The position numbers were made by a program, and so were the translations under genes. This document shows positions 9,401 to 18,132 of a DNA stretch of 64,000 nucleotides, one piece after another. Each line of letters opens with the position of its first letter. Positions within the stretch are counted from its first letter, which is position 1. The notes under the pieces were generated by a model. It did no database searches and was not told the origin of the DNA. It saw only the letters and a list, made by a program, of their open reading frames with translations. The stretch lies in assembly GCA_025935995.1 (NCBI GenBank), contig JAICUF010000003.1:67-64066 (forward strand), read 5' to 3'. This DNA is from Gemmatimonadales bacterium (GTDB lineage: Bacteria; Gemmatimonadota; Gemmatimonadetes; Gemmatimonadales; GWC2-71-9).

Positions 9401-11068
9401 ACGCCCACCGGGACGGTGCAGTTCGCCGAGGGCGCCGCCGACATCAACGGCCCCGTCACCCTGAGCGGCGGCGTGGCCCAGACGAGCACCACGCTCTCGG
9501 CGGGCAGCCACACCATCACGGCGAGCTACAGCGGCGGGGGCCCGTACGGCGCAGGCAGCGGCTCGCTGGCCTACACGGTCAACCGCGGGAACACGAGCGT
9601 GACCATCTCGGGCGACGGGCCCGATCCGTCGGTCGCCGGCGCGGGCTACACGGTGAGCTTCGCCGTGTTCGTCGCCTCGCCGGCGTCGGGTACGCCGAGC
9701 GGCACGGTGAGCGTCTCCGACGGCACCGCGAGCTGCACCGATGCCGCGCCGGTCGGGAGCTGCGTCCTCGCCTCGACGACCTCGGGCGCGAAGACGATCA
9801 CCGTCACCTACGAAGGCGACGCAGACTTCAACCCGAGCTCGAAGACCGCGAGCCACAGCGTCACGCCGGCGGCCGCATCGGTGGCCGTCGCGAGCTCCGA
9901 TGACCCGTCGGTCTTCGGCCAGCCGGTGACGTTCACCGCGACCGTCTCCGGCGCGGCCGGCACGCCGGGCGGGACCGTCCAGTTCAGCGTGGACGGAAGC
10001 CCGAGCGGCTCCGCCGCCGCGCTCGATGCGAGCGGTGCCGCGACGACCACCATCTCGATGCTCGCCGTCGGCAGTCACACTGTCGGCGCCACGTACCAGG
10101 GTGACGCCACGTACGCGTCCGGCTCGACCGGCACCCTCGCCGGCGGGCAGACGGTGAACCTGGGAGCGACGACGACCGGCGTCACCCTCACGTCGGGAAG
10201 CAACCCGTCGCCCGAGGGCGGGACGGTGAGCTTCACCGCGACGGTGTCGCCCGTCGGTCCGGCGGCCGGCGTCCCGGGCGGCACCGTGCAGTTCACCGAT
10301 GGCGGAGCCGACGTCGGCGGTCCCCAGACGATGACGTCCGGGACGGCGACGCTCACGACCAGCACGCTCGGCGCGGGGACGCACAGCATCGCCGCCGTGT
10401 ACTCCGGCGATGCGCGGTTCAGCACCAGCAGCTCGGGCGCCCTGAGCCACATCGTGACCGCGAGCAACTCGCCGCCGTCCGCCGCCGGCGACGCCTACGA
10501 GCTGAGCGAAGACGGCACGCTCAGCGAGAATGCCGCGGCCGGGGTCCTGGCCAACGACAGCGACGCCGATTCCGACCCGATCACGGCGGTGCTCGACGCG
10601 GGTCCCGCCCACGGGGCGCTCACCGGCGGCCTCGCCGCCGACGGCTCGTTCAGCTACACCCCCGACGCCGACTTCAACGGGAGCGACCAGTTCACCTACC
10701 ATGCAACCGACGGCAGCGGCGCCTCGTCGGTCGTGACGGTCGCGCTCACGGTGGATCCGGTGAACGATCCGCCGGCCTTTGCGGCGGGGCCCGATCAGAC
10801 GGTGGCGGCCGGAGCCGGGGCGCAGTCCGTGCCGGGATGGGCCACGGGAGTCAGCGCGGGACCGGCGGACGAAAGCGGGCAGCCGCTCACCTTCCAGGTC
10901 ACCGACGACACGAACCCCGGCCTCTTCGACGTGGCGCCCGCCATCGCGGCCGACGGCACCCTCACCTACACGCCGGGCGCGGCGCCCGGAAGCGCCACTC
11001 TCACGATCCGGCTGAGCGATGGAACCTCCGTCAGCGCCCCCCAGGTCGTCACCATTACGCTCAACTGA
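6467..11068 (+). CDS. Large surface lipoprotein with tandem bacterial Ig-like repeats (Big_1/invasin-like, Big_3-like, C-terminal cadherin-like/Big_9); putative adhesin
   Basis: Lipobox LATA-C; repeated VTVTARDAxGNxIxGAxV and TVTFTATVS...PTGTVQF units; C-terminal GVLANDSDAD and VNDPP motifs; Thr/Ser/Ala/Gly-rich. Alternative start GTG 6482. Confidence 0.85.
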   Translation: MTPDIVPFSGSAIASVLALAALATACGGDKLVLPDETLPTAIAVVKGNGQTGTVGALLADSVVVRVTDASGRPVENQPVTFSVTAGGGSVAPVTSNTNADGRAGARWTLGTSAGAQAGQARVTGDGAPANLVAGFTATANPAGAASIAIVSGNSQTGTAGSALADSLVVVVRDAAGNPVPGVTVTWSASGGGTVSAPTVPTGADGHSAVRRTLGTAAGPESTVASATGLTGSPVTFAATAAVGTAGQLAVARQPSPTAQSGVAFAVQPQVQLQDANGNDVHSAGIAITASLGSGPGGSVVGSVTAATSSSGLATFSNLGLSGPAGSYTLNFSGVNLTGATSDPVAIGAGSATKLDLAVPPSPTASSGSPLATQPVIQLVDAAGNPVAQAGVTVTAQIQSGSPTLSGTTSRATDASGRATFSNLTLSGAAGGQATIAFGAGGLAGVVSGTITLGAGNVSAGNSSLSLSGSPITASGGSSTATVTVTARDASGNVIPGAAVSVSVTGTNSVTQPAGGVAGSNGVATATISSTEAGIKTVTATINGTTVTQTATLTVNSAAPSAGHSSVSAAPAGIAAVTGTATVTVTVRDAFDNAIAGATVVLSATGSGNSITQPVGTTNASGVAAGSLASSAAGPKVVSATAARGGPPVGITQTATVTVGIGNADPATSTVAVVPATLTVGVGSATITVTARDAGGNTISGAAVALSVTGSGNTITPSSGSTDGSGVFSASLSSLESGIKTVTASVNGTTLTSQPGVTVSAASTTTTLTLSGSTTVVGQPITAGWTVVPAGSGTPTGNVTVSGGGGSCTAPVAAGSCVLAATAAGSNTVFTATYAGDGDFAGSTDTATRTIGTASTTTTISSDSPDPSNAGQPVTVSYAVTADAPGGGTPAGGVTVSDGVNSCTATVAAGSCALSLSTLGARTLTASYAGNANYAASTSGGVAHSVQANGATVAVTGSPASAVTGQTVTFTATVSGASGTPTGTVQFAEGAADINGPVTLSGGVAQTSTTLSAGSHTITASYSGGGPYGAGSGSLAYTVNRGNTSVTISGDGPDPSVAGAGYTVSFAVFVASPASGTPSGTVSVSDGTASCTDAAPVGSCVLASTTSGAKTITVTYEGDADFNPSSKTASHSVTPAAASVAVASSDDPSVFGQPVTFTATVSGAAGTPGGTVQFSVDGSPSGSAAALDASGAATTTISMLAVGSHTVGATYQGDATYASGSTGTLAGGQTVNLGATTTGVTLTSGSNPSPEGGTVSFTATVSPVGPAAGVPGGTVQFTDGGADVGGPQTMTSGTATLTTSTLGAGTHSIAAVYSGDARFSTSSSGALSHIVTASNSPPSAAGDAYELSEDGTLSENAAAGVLANDSDADSDPITAVLDAGPAHGALTGGLAADGSFSYTPDADFNGSDQFTYHATDGSGASSVVTVALTVDPVNDPPAFAAGPDQTVAAGAGAQSVPGWATGVSAGPADESGQPLTFQVTDDTNPGLFDVAPAIAADGTLTYTPGAAPGSATLTIRLSDGTSVSAPQVVTITLN

Positions 11069-11196
11069 ACTCCCGCCGCCCCGCGCGGCGGAATGTGACG
11101 TACGTCCTATCCGTGCAAACCCCTGCGCCATAAGATGATCCATCCGCCTGATAGACCGCGCCCGCGGGCGTCCAACTGATCATTCGAGCCGACGAC

Positions 11197-13743
11197 ATGC
11201 CCCGTTTCCGCATATCTGCCTGGTTCCTGGTTGGGGCGCTGGCCGCCGCGTGCGGCGGCGGCGACAGCCTCGTGCTCCCGAACGAGGGCCTGCCGCACGC
11301 CGTGAGCGTCGTGAAGGGCGCCAACCAGACGGCACCGGTCGGCGCCGCGTTGCCGGATTCGATCGTCGTGCGGGTGACGGACGCGATGGATCGGCCCGTC
11401 GCCGGCCAGGCGGTCGCCTTCGCCGTCGTCGGGAGCACGAGCGGCTCGGTGGCCCCCGACACGGTGGCGACCGATGCCGACGGTCGCGCCGGCGTGCGCT
11501 GGACGCTCGGGCCGACCGCGGGATCGCAGACGCTGAGTGCCACCATCGTCGGACCCAGCTCGCCCACGCCGCTCAGCATCGTGATCGCGGCGACTGCGGG
11601 TGCCGGCGGCGTCGCCTCCTTCACGGCGGTGCGCGGGAACAACCAGACGGCCACGGCCGGCTCGCTACTGCCCGACTCGCTCGTCGTCCGCGCGAATGAT
11701 GCAAACGGAAATCCGGTGGGTGGCGTGACGGTGGCATGGGCCATCTCGGGAGGCGGGAGCGTGAGCGCGGCATCCACGCAGACCGGCCCGGGCGGGCTCA
11801 CCGGCGTCCTCCGCACCCTCGGGCCGAGCGCCGGCGCGCAGACCACCACCGCCACCGCCTCCGGTGCGGCAGAGCCCATCGTCTTCGCCGCCACGGCCAC
11901 CGTTGGCGCCGCCGGCCGGCTCACCGTCGCGACCCAGCCGTCCGCCACGGCGCAGAGCAGCGTGCCGTTCGCGCAGCAGCCCAGGCTTCAGGTGCGCGAT
12001 GCGAACGGCAATCCGGTGCACCAGGCGGGACTCGCGGTGACGGCGTCGATCGCATCGGGCCCGGTCGGCGCCACGCTGATCGGATCGGTCACCGCTCCGA
12101 CCGACCAGAACGGCCTCGCCACCTTCAGTGGACTCGGCATCGGCGGGTCGGGCGGGACCTACACGCTGAACTTCGGCGGGGCGGGCCTCCAGGGGGTGAC
12201 ATCCTCGGGAATCACCATCGCGGCGGGCGCGGCCTCCCAGCTCTCGCTCATCGTCCAGCCGTCGTCGACGGCGGAGAGCGGCACGCCGCTCGAGCAGCAG
12301 CCGGTCGTCGCGCTGCTCGACCGGTTCGGCAATCCGGCGGCGCAGGCCGGCGTGCCCATCACCGCGGCGATCGCGAGCGGCGGCGGCACGCTCGGCGGCA
12401 CGGTGACGCGCAGCACCGATGCGGCCGGTCACGCGACGTTCACCGATCTCTCGATCGCGGGAAGCGCCGGCACGCGGACGCTGGTCTTCTTCTCCGGTTC
12501 GCTGTCCACGGTGACGTCCAATCCGATCAGCGTGACGGCGGCGCCGGTGAGCGCCACGCAGTCGACGGTCACCGCGTCGCCGTCCACCATCACGGCCGGC
12601 AGCGGCACGAGTACGATCACCGTGATTGCGCGCGATGCGTCGGGCGATCGCGTCGCGGGAGCCGGGGTGGCGCTCGCGGTGAGCGGGACGAGCAACGATG
12701 TGTCGCTGCCCGCCGTCACGGACGCGAACGGCAGCACCACGGCGACGCTTCAGTCGACCGACGCCGGCACCAAGGTGATCACCGCGACGATCAACGGCGT
12801 GACGGTGGCGCAGACCGCGTCGGTCACCGTGACCGCGGCCGCGCCGGACGCGGCGGCCTCCACCCTCGTGGCGTCGCCGACCACCGCCGATCCGGGAGCG
12901 ACGGTGACGCTCACGACGACCGTCCGGGACCGCTACGGGAATCCGGTGAGCGGCGCCACCGTCCATCTCGATGTGAGCGGCAGCGGAAACGTCGTGATCC
13001 AGCCGCTCGTTCCGACGGGCGCGTCCGGCGTCGCGACCGGAAGCCTCACGGCGCTCTCGGGTGGCACCAGGACGATCACCGCGACGATCAACGGCAGCGT
13101 CGAGGTCGCCCAGCCCGCGGTCGTCGCCATCAATCCGCCGGCGGTGAGCGCGTCGCTCTCCACCGTGAGCGCCGATCCGGCGACGATCGCGGCGAGTGAC
13201 GGGAGTGTCACGAGCGCGGTCACCGTCACCGTGCGCGACGCGTCGGGCCAGCCGATCGCCGGTGCCACGGTGACGCTCGCATCGTCGGGCACCGGCAACA
13301 CGATTTCACCCGCGCCGGCCACGAGCGATGCCTCGGGCGTGGCCACCTTCCAGTTCAGCTCGAACGTCGCGGAGACCAAGACACTGACCGCAACGGCGAA
13401 CGGCACGCCGATCGACCAGACGGCGACGGTCACGGTGGATCCCGGAGGCGCATCCGCGGCCCAGTCGTCCGCCGACGTCCCCCGCGGCGAGCGCAACCGG
13501 CTGACCGTCTTCACCGTCCAGCTGCGGGATGCGTTCCGGAACCTGCTGGATACGAGCGGCGGTGAGGTCACGGCGTCGATCAGCGGGAAGAATGCGGGCG
13601 CACCCGTCACCGTGCTCGACAACGAAGACGGGACCTACCGGGGAAGCTACCTGCCGACGGCGTCCGGGCACGGCGCCGATCTCGTCAACATCTACCTCGA
13701 GGGCACTCCGATCGGCGGCAGTCCCTACACGAGCAACCTCTGA
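11197..13743 (+). CDS. Ig-like (Big_1/invasin) repeat lipoprotein with filamin-like C-terminal domain; paralog of the upstream gene
   Basis: Lipobox LAAA-C then GGGDSLVLPNE (vs CGGDKLVLPDE upstream); Big_1 repeats; C-terminal DNEDGTYRGSY...IGGSPY filamin-type motif. Confidence 0.85.
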   Translation: MPRFRISAWFLVGALAAACGGGDSLVLPNEGLPHAVSVVKGANQTAPVGAALPDSIVVRVTDAMDRPVAGQAVAFAVVGSTSGSVAPDTVATDADGRAGVRWTLGPTAGSQTLSATIVGPSSPTPLSIVIAATAGAGGVASFTAVRGNNQTATAGSLLPDSLVVRANDANGNPVGGVTVAWAISGGGSVSAASTQTGPGGLTGVLRTLGPSAGAQTTTATASGAAEPIVFAATATVGAAGRLTVATQPSATAQSSVPFAQQPRLQVRDANGNPVHQAGLAVTASIASGPVGATLIGSVTAPTDQNGLATFSGLGIGGSGGTYTLNFGGAGLQGVTSSGITIAAGAASQLSLIVQPSSTAESGTPLEQQPVVALLDRFGNPAAQAGVPITAAIASGGGTLGGTVTRSTDAAGHATFTDLSIAGSAGTRTLVFFSGSLSTVTSNPISVTAAPVSATQSTVTASPSTITAGSGTSTITVIARDASGDRVAGAGVALAVSGTSNDVSLPAVTDANGSTTATLQSTDAGTKVITATINGVTVAQTASVTVTAAAPDAAASTLVASPTTADPGATVTLTTTVRDRYGNPVSGATVHLDVSGSGNVVIQPLVPTGASGVATGSLTALSGGTRTITATINGSVEVAQPAVVAINPPAVSASLSTVSADPATIAASDGSVTSAVTVTVRDASGQPIAGATVTLASSGTGNTISPAPATSDASGVATFQFSSNVAETKTLTATANGTPIDQTATVTVDPGGASAAQSSADVPRGERNRLTVFTVQLRDAFRNLLDTSGGEVTASISGKNAGAPVTVLDNEDGTYRGSYLPTASGHGADLVNIYLEGTPIGGSPYTSNL

Positions 13744-13752
13744 CGGATTCGC

Positions 13753-13781
13753 TTGACCCTCATGGGTGCCCGGGCTATCTT
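13753..13781 (+). promoter_or_regulatory. Sigma70 promoter of the tRNA-Leu/tRNA-Thr pair
   Basis: TTGACC-N17-TATCTT, ending 13 bp before tRNA-Leu. Confidence 0.7.
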
Positions 13782-13794
13782 CGTGGCCGCTCCC

Positions 13795-13876
13795 GCCCTG
13801 GTGGTGAAACTGGTAGACACGCTATCTTGAGGGGGTAGTGCCGAAAGGCGTAGCGGTTCGAATCCGCTCCAGGGCA
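13795..13876 (+). tRNA. tRNA-Leu (GAG)
   Basis: Acceptor GCCCTGG/CCAGGGC; anticodon arm CTATC-TTGAGGG-GGTAG; long variable arm; TTCGAAT T-loop; CCA not encoded. Confidence 0.96.
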
Positions 13877-13896
13877 TGCCGAATCTTTCCACACCA

Positions 13897-13968
13897 GCCA
13901 CTGTAGCTCAGGGGTAGAGCTCTCGATTCGTAATCGAGCGGTCGTCGGTTCAAATCCGACCAGTGGCT
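13897..13968 (+). tRNA. tRNA-Thr (CGT)
   Basis: Acceptor GCCACTG/CAGTGGC; anticodon arm CTCGA-TTCGTAA-TCGAG; GGTTCAAATCC T-arm. Confidence 0.96.
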
Positions 13969-13994
13969 CTGCCGTCATCATCGACGTCGCGTCC

Positions 13995-14020
13995 GCGCCT
14001 CCCTCCGGGGAGGCGCTTTT
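13995..14020 (+). terminator. Intrinsic terminator after the tRNAs
   Basis: GCGCCTCCC/GGGAGGCGC stem followed by TTTT. Confidence 0.75.
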
Positions 14021-16349
14021 CATTGGCGCCGCATCACGTTGATCAGCTGCTTCCGGGTCGCGCGATTGCCCGTCGCGGCGTTTTCGACCGTCACGGCAAG
14101 CTCGTACTGGCCCGGCCTGAGGCCGGCCAAACTGATCTCCCGCCGGACGGACATGCGGGAAGCGCTGACGGGCTCGGTGAAGGCGAGCGTCACGCCGTGC
14201 GGGCGGCGTGCCCCGTACTGCTGCAGGGCGACGCGCGTGCGATACGTCGTCCCCGGATCGAGGCCGTATACCTCGTAATACACAGATGCCGATCCGCCTT
14301 CCCGATAACCGCCCAGGGTGTTGATGCGGACGGCCCCCGCCCCGGAGCGCCAGACTGCGCCTCCGACGTTCACCGTCGGAATGATGTCGCTCAGTCCCGG
14401 ACGCCCGTCGCCCAGGAGCGCATCGTGCCTGGTCAGCACGGTGCCCGCCTCGGCCGACGGTCGCGATACGGCGAAGCGGACGGTGTAGCGCCCGGCAGGC
14501 ACCGGAAGCTCGAGCATTCCCGACGCGAATCCCGCCGAATCAGCAGGACCGGCAGGCGCGAACGCGACTGTGGTATCGGCGAACACACTCATCGAGCGGC
14601 GTGCGTCGACCGCGCTGGCGCGGAGTTCGGCCCGGGGCGCCGCGGTCGAAAGGGCCGCCCGCGGAATCGCGTACGCCAGAAGCACGCGGCCCGTGCCGAG
14701 ATCCGGCTCGCCGATCACGAAACTCTGCATGATCCCGCCGAGCGGATGGCGGAAGAGCAGGGTATAGCTGTCGTTTTCGGCTCCCGCGGTCACGTCGGCC
14801 CAGGTGTGGGCGACAAGATCCTGGATCGCGACCGTACACTGGAGCGGGGCCGCCCTCGACGGAGAGATCTCCTGGATCACGACGCGATTCGCCGCCTTCG
14901 TGAAGACGGGGTCCACCGACCCGAGGAGATAGAGGAGACTCGATTCATAGGGCACGTGCGTGTAGAGCGTGGTGGGTCCGGGGCCAAGGGCCTGGCTGGA
15001 CCCGAAATAGAAGAGCCGGGGGCGATCGGCGAACCAGTAGAGCCACACATCGGGAACGACCGAGTGAACGGAGTCGCGGGCGATCCCGTTCGCGACATCA
15101 TGCGCCGAAAGGACGTCATCGGTTTCCTCGCCGCGCGGCCCAGCCTCGTCGGGCCCGGAGGACGCGGGTGCGGGAGTCCCGACGCGTCTCCACGGCTCGC
15201 CATGCCGCATGTAGACCGCGGCGCGATGGTCGAGGAGGCGCTCGCGCGACCGGTGATCGTCGAGCCGGTCCGGCCGGAACATCGCGTAGTCGTCGAGCGA
15301 CATCTCCAGGGGATACTGGCAGGCGCCGAGGTTTTCGACTCGCACCTGCCTGAGATCCACGCGCCGCTCCGGATCGACTACGCGGAAGTAGCGGTAGACG
15401 TACGCCCACCGCCGCAAATGCTCGGCAATGCGCTCGTCTCCGCTTCGGAGCGACTCGGCGCCGTGGATGGCCCAGAAGTGCTCGAGCCATGGCCGGACCG
15501 ACGCCGCGTCCACCGAGTCGTAGGCCAGCAGATCCTGCGGCTCGGCCACCCACTCGAGGTCCCGCCGGTAGAAGGCCCGTGCCTCGGCCGACGCCATCCC
15601 GGCGCCGCGGAGATATTCGGCCAGCGCGTCCCGCGGCGCCCCAACCCCGCGAGGGTCCTCGCGCGTTCGAGCGCCGCCACGCCTGCGTCCCCGCCCGAGC
15701 GTTCGAATGTCGACAGCTCGTCGAGCGCCGTGGAATCGTCGCGCGCGGTGCGCGCCGCGCGGGCGAGGATGAGATGCCCGCGGGCGTCGACGAGTCCCCG
15801 CTGCAGGCCCAGCCGGATCGCATCAAGGAATGCCGGCGGCTGCTCGCGATCGCCTTCCGCCGTCATGATGGGCGTCAGTGCGGCGACAAGAGGCGGAAGT
15901 GCCGGGTCGAGCGAGAGCGCATGCGTCGCGTCCCGCACGAACGCGCCGTAGTAGCGCTCGCCCTCCGCCTGGCCGCCGAGCGCCTTGGGCGCGAAGCCGC
16001 GATCGCCCAGCGCCAGCTTGGTCATGCCCCGGAAGAACCAGGCGTAGGGCCATCCCGGCTCCGCGTGGGTCACGTCATCCGCCGAGCGGAGCGCTTCGTC
16101 GAGGGCGGCACGCTCGCCCGTCAGCTCGCCGACGCGAAGGGCGATGACGCTTCTCCGCAGTCGGGTCAGGTTGTCCCGGTCGCTGCCGCTGTTCCGGAGC
16201 GCGGCCCGCAGGCCGTCGGCGTCGGCCACTGCCGCAACCGAGTCGCGGAGATGGTCGAGCACCGTGCGCTCCGACGGGGTTTGCGCGCGAAGGGCCGATC
16301 CGAGGAGCAACGGGATGAGCGGGAGGAGCAGGATGTCACGAGCCAGCAT
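14020..16349 (-). pseudogene. GWxTD-domain/TPR-like exported protein split by a single frameshift near 15625-15650 (pseudogene or sequencing error)
   Basis: N-terminal part with signal peptide ends ...LERARTLAGLGRR and continues in another frame as DALAEYLRGAGMASAEARAFYRRDL. Downstream FW...ERIAEHLRRWAYV and DHRAAVYMRHGEP match the GWxTD domain. One inserted base gives about 776 aa. Confidence 0.75.
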
Positions 16350-16547
16350 GAGCCGTCTCCTTCGCTGCGGCCCGATCGGAATTCAATTATGCTCCGTGAC
16401 CGGAGCGCCGGTGCCCCGGCGGGAGGTCTCAACTCGACGGGAGCCGAGCGATTCACCTGACCGTCCCCGCGCGAAACGCACCGTCGTGGGACCACCTGGA
16501 ATATCAGGGGGGACTGGACGCCGGGCGCCACGCGGCGGCCTCACCTG

Positions 16548-16567
16548 TGCAATCTAGCGCGATTGCA
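16548..16567. promoter_or_regulatory. Palindromic operator-like site upstream of MFS gene
   Basis: TGCAATC-N6-GATTGCA (7-6-7 perfect arms). Confidence 0.5.
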
Positions 16568-16602
16568 TGTCCTCAATACCTCGCGGCCACCGGTCCGGCC
16601 GC

Positions 16603-17832
16603 ATGACGACCCGCCACGATTCCTACGCGTCTCTCCGCCTTCCCAACTATCGCTGGTTCGTTCTCAGTCTCCTGGCGATGACCGTCGCCACCCAGATCCG
16701 CGGCGTCGTCGTCGCGTGGCAGATCTATTCGATCACGAAGGACCCGCTGTCCCTGGGCCTCATCGGGCTCGCCGAAGCGCTGCCGTTCGTGTCCCTCGCA
16801 CTCTACGCCGGCCACCTGGCCGACCGGCTCGACCGCCGCCGGATCATGCTGATGACGCTCGTGATCCTGCTGGGCTGCGCCGCCGCGCTGCTCGTGATGA
16901 CGCTGCGCGGCGAGCGGGCGGTCTGGCCCTTCTACGTCGTCATCTTCGCGAGCGGCATCGCCCGGAGCTTCCTGATGCCGTCCCGCACCGCCTTCGGCGC
17001 CGAGCTGGTGCCGCGCGAGCTCTATCCGAATGCGGTGGCGTGGCGCAGCTCGAGCTGGCAGTTCGCCGCCGTGGTCGGACCGGCAGCCGGGGGGCTGCTG
17101 TACGGCTTTGGCGGGCCTGCCGAGGCCTACATGGTGGACGCTGCGCTGATGCTGCTCGCGATCCTGATGCTGCTTCGGGTCCGCCACCCGCGCCGGCAGG
17201 TGTCCGCCGCCGCTGCCGCCGCCGGCATCCGCCAGAGTCTCGCCGAGGGGATCCGCTGGGTCCGGTCGCAACCCGTCATCCTGGGCGCGATGACGCTCGA
17301 TCTCTTCTCGGTCCTCTTCGGCGGTGCCACGGCGCTGCTGCCGATCTTTGCCGACGATATCCTCCGCGTCGGCCCCGAAGGCCTCGGCATCCTCCGCGCG
17401 GCGCCGGCCGCGGGCGCCGTCACCATGTCGCTCATCGTGGCGCATGCCCGGCCCATGCGCCGGGCCGGGCGGGCCCTGCTCGTGAACGTGGCGCTCTTCG
17501 GCGCGTGCATGATCGGGTTCGGGCTCTCGCGGAGCTTCCTGGTCTCGCTCATGCTGCTGGCGGCGAGCGGGATGGTCGACACGGTCAGCGTGGTCGTGCG
17601 CTCGACCCTGCTGCAGGTGCTCACGCCCGAGGCGCTGCTCGGCCGCGTGTCGGCCGTGAACGCGATCTTCATCGGGTCGTCGAATGAGATCGGGGAATTC
17701 GAGTCGGGAGTGGCCGCGCGGCTCCTGGGAGCCGCGCGGTCGGTGGTGCTGGGGGGGATGGCCACGCTCGCCGTGGTGGGCGTGACGGCCTGGCGGGTAC
17801 CGGAGCTCCGGCGCTTGAAGGAGCTCCGGTAG
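16603..17832 (+). CDS. MFS transporter (EntS/MFS_3-like efflux)
   Basis: About 12 hydrophobic segments; motif A AGHLADRLDRRR; LLGRVSAVNAIFIGSSNEIG. Alternative start 16567. Confidence 0.9.
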   Translation: MTTRHDSYASLRLPNYRWFVLSLLAMTVATQIRGVVVAWQIYSITKDPLSLGLIGLAEALPFVSLALYAGHLADRLDRRRIMLMTLVILLGCAAALLVMTLRGERAVWPFYVVIFASGIARSFLMPSRTAFGAELVPRELYPNAVAWRSSSWQFAAVVGPAAGGLLYGFGGPAEAYMVDAALMLLAILMLLRVRHPRRQVSAAAAAAGIRQSLAEGIRWVRSQPVILGAMTLDLFSVLFGGATALLPIFADDILRVGPEGLGILRAAPAAGAVTMSLIVAHARPMRRAGRALLVNVALFGACMIGFGLSRSFLVSLMLLAASGMVDTVSVVVRSTLLQVLTPEALLGRVSAVNAIFIGSSNEIGEFESGVAARLLGAARSVVLGGMATLAVVGVTAWRVPELRRLKELR

Positions 17833-17838
17833 CGCTCG

Positions 17839-18129
17839 TCAGGCGGCCGGGCGAAGCCGCCGCACGAGGCCGCCGAGGGCGCTCACGACCTCGGCGTTTC
17901 CCTCGCGGAGGAGGGCGGCAAGGATGTGCTTGCAGACGGTCTCGCGCCAGAGGTGATCCCCGCAGTCGCAGCGCGGGTGCGCCGCGGTGTAGAGATCGAC
18001 CCAGTGCTCGTGGCCGCCGCCGGTGACGCGGTACTGGCCGGCGCCGATCTGGTCGCCGGAGAGGAAGAGACTCCGCTCCAGGCGACCGGGATCGATCCCG
18101 GCCCGCGCCAGATCGATCGCGGGCCGCAT
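17839..18129 (-). CDS. Small stand-alone SWIM zinc-finger protein
   Basis: YRVTGG..HWVDL...CDCGD....VCKHILA = SWIM CxC-xn-CxH; starts 3 nt after the upstream stop. Confidence 0.85.
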   Translation of the reverse strand: MRPAIDLARAGIDPGRLERSLFLSGDQIGAGQYRVTGGGHEHWVDLYTAAHPRCDCGDHLWRETVCKHILAALLREGNAEVVSALGGLVRRLRPAA

Positions 18130-18132
18130 GGC

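Noticed and set aside
6461-11143. 1560-aa minus-strand ORF, and similar long ORFs at 44593-47412 (+), 52417-55173 (-), 13963-15951 (+), 36353-38359 (-)
   Set aside because: Shadow frames antisense to well-supported genes; Arg/Gly/Ala-rich with no motifs, as expected in high-GC DNA.
6467-13743. Adhesin repeats as diversity-generating retroelement or shufflon targets
   Set aside because: Repeats are diverged protein-level Ig units; no RT, recombinase or near-identical TR/VR pair is visible.
15600-15660. Programmed frameshift or phase-variable tract in the GWxTD gene
   Set aside because: No slippery heptamer, and homopolymers are only 3-4 nt.
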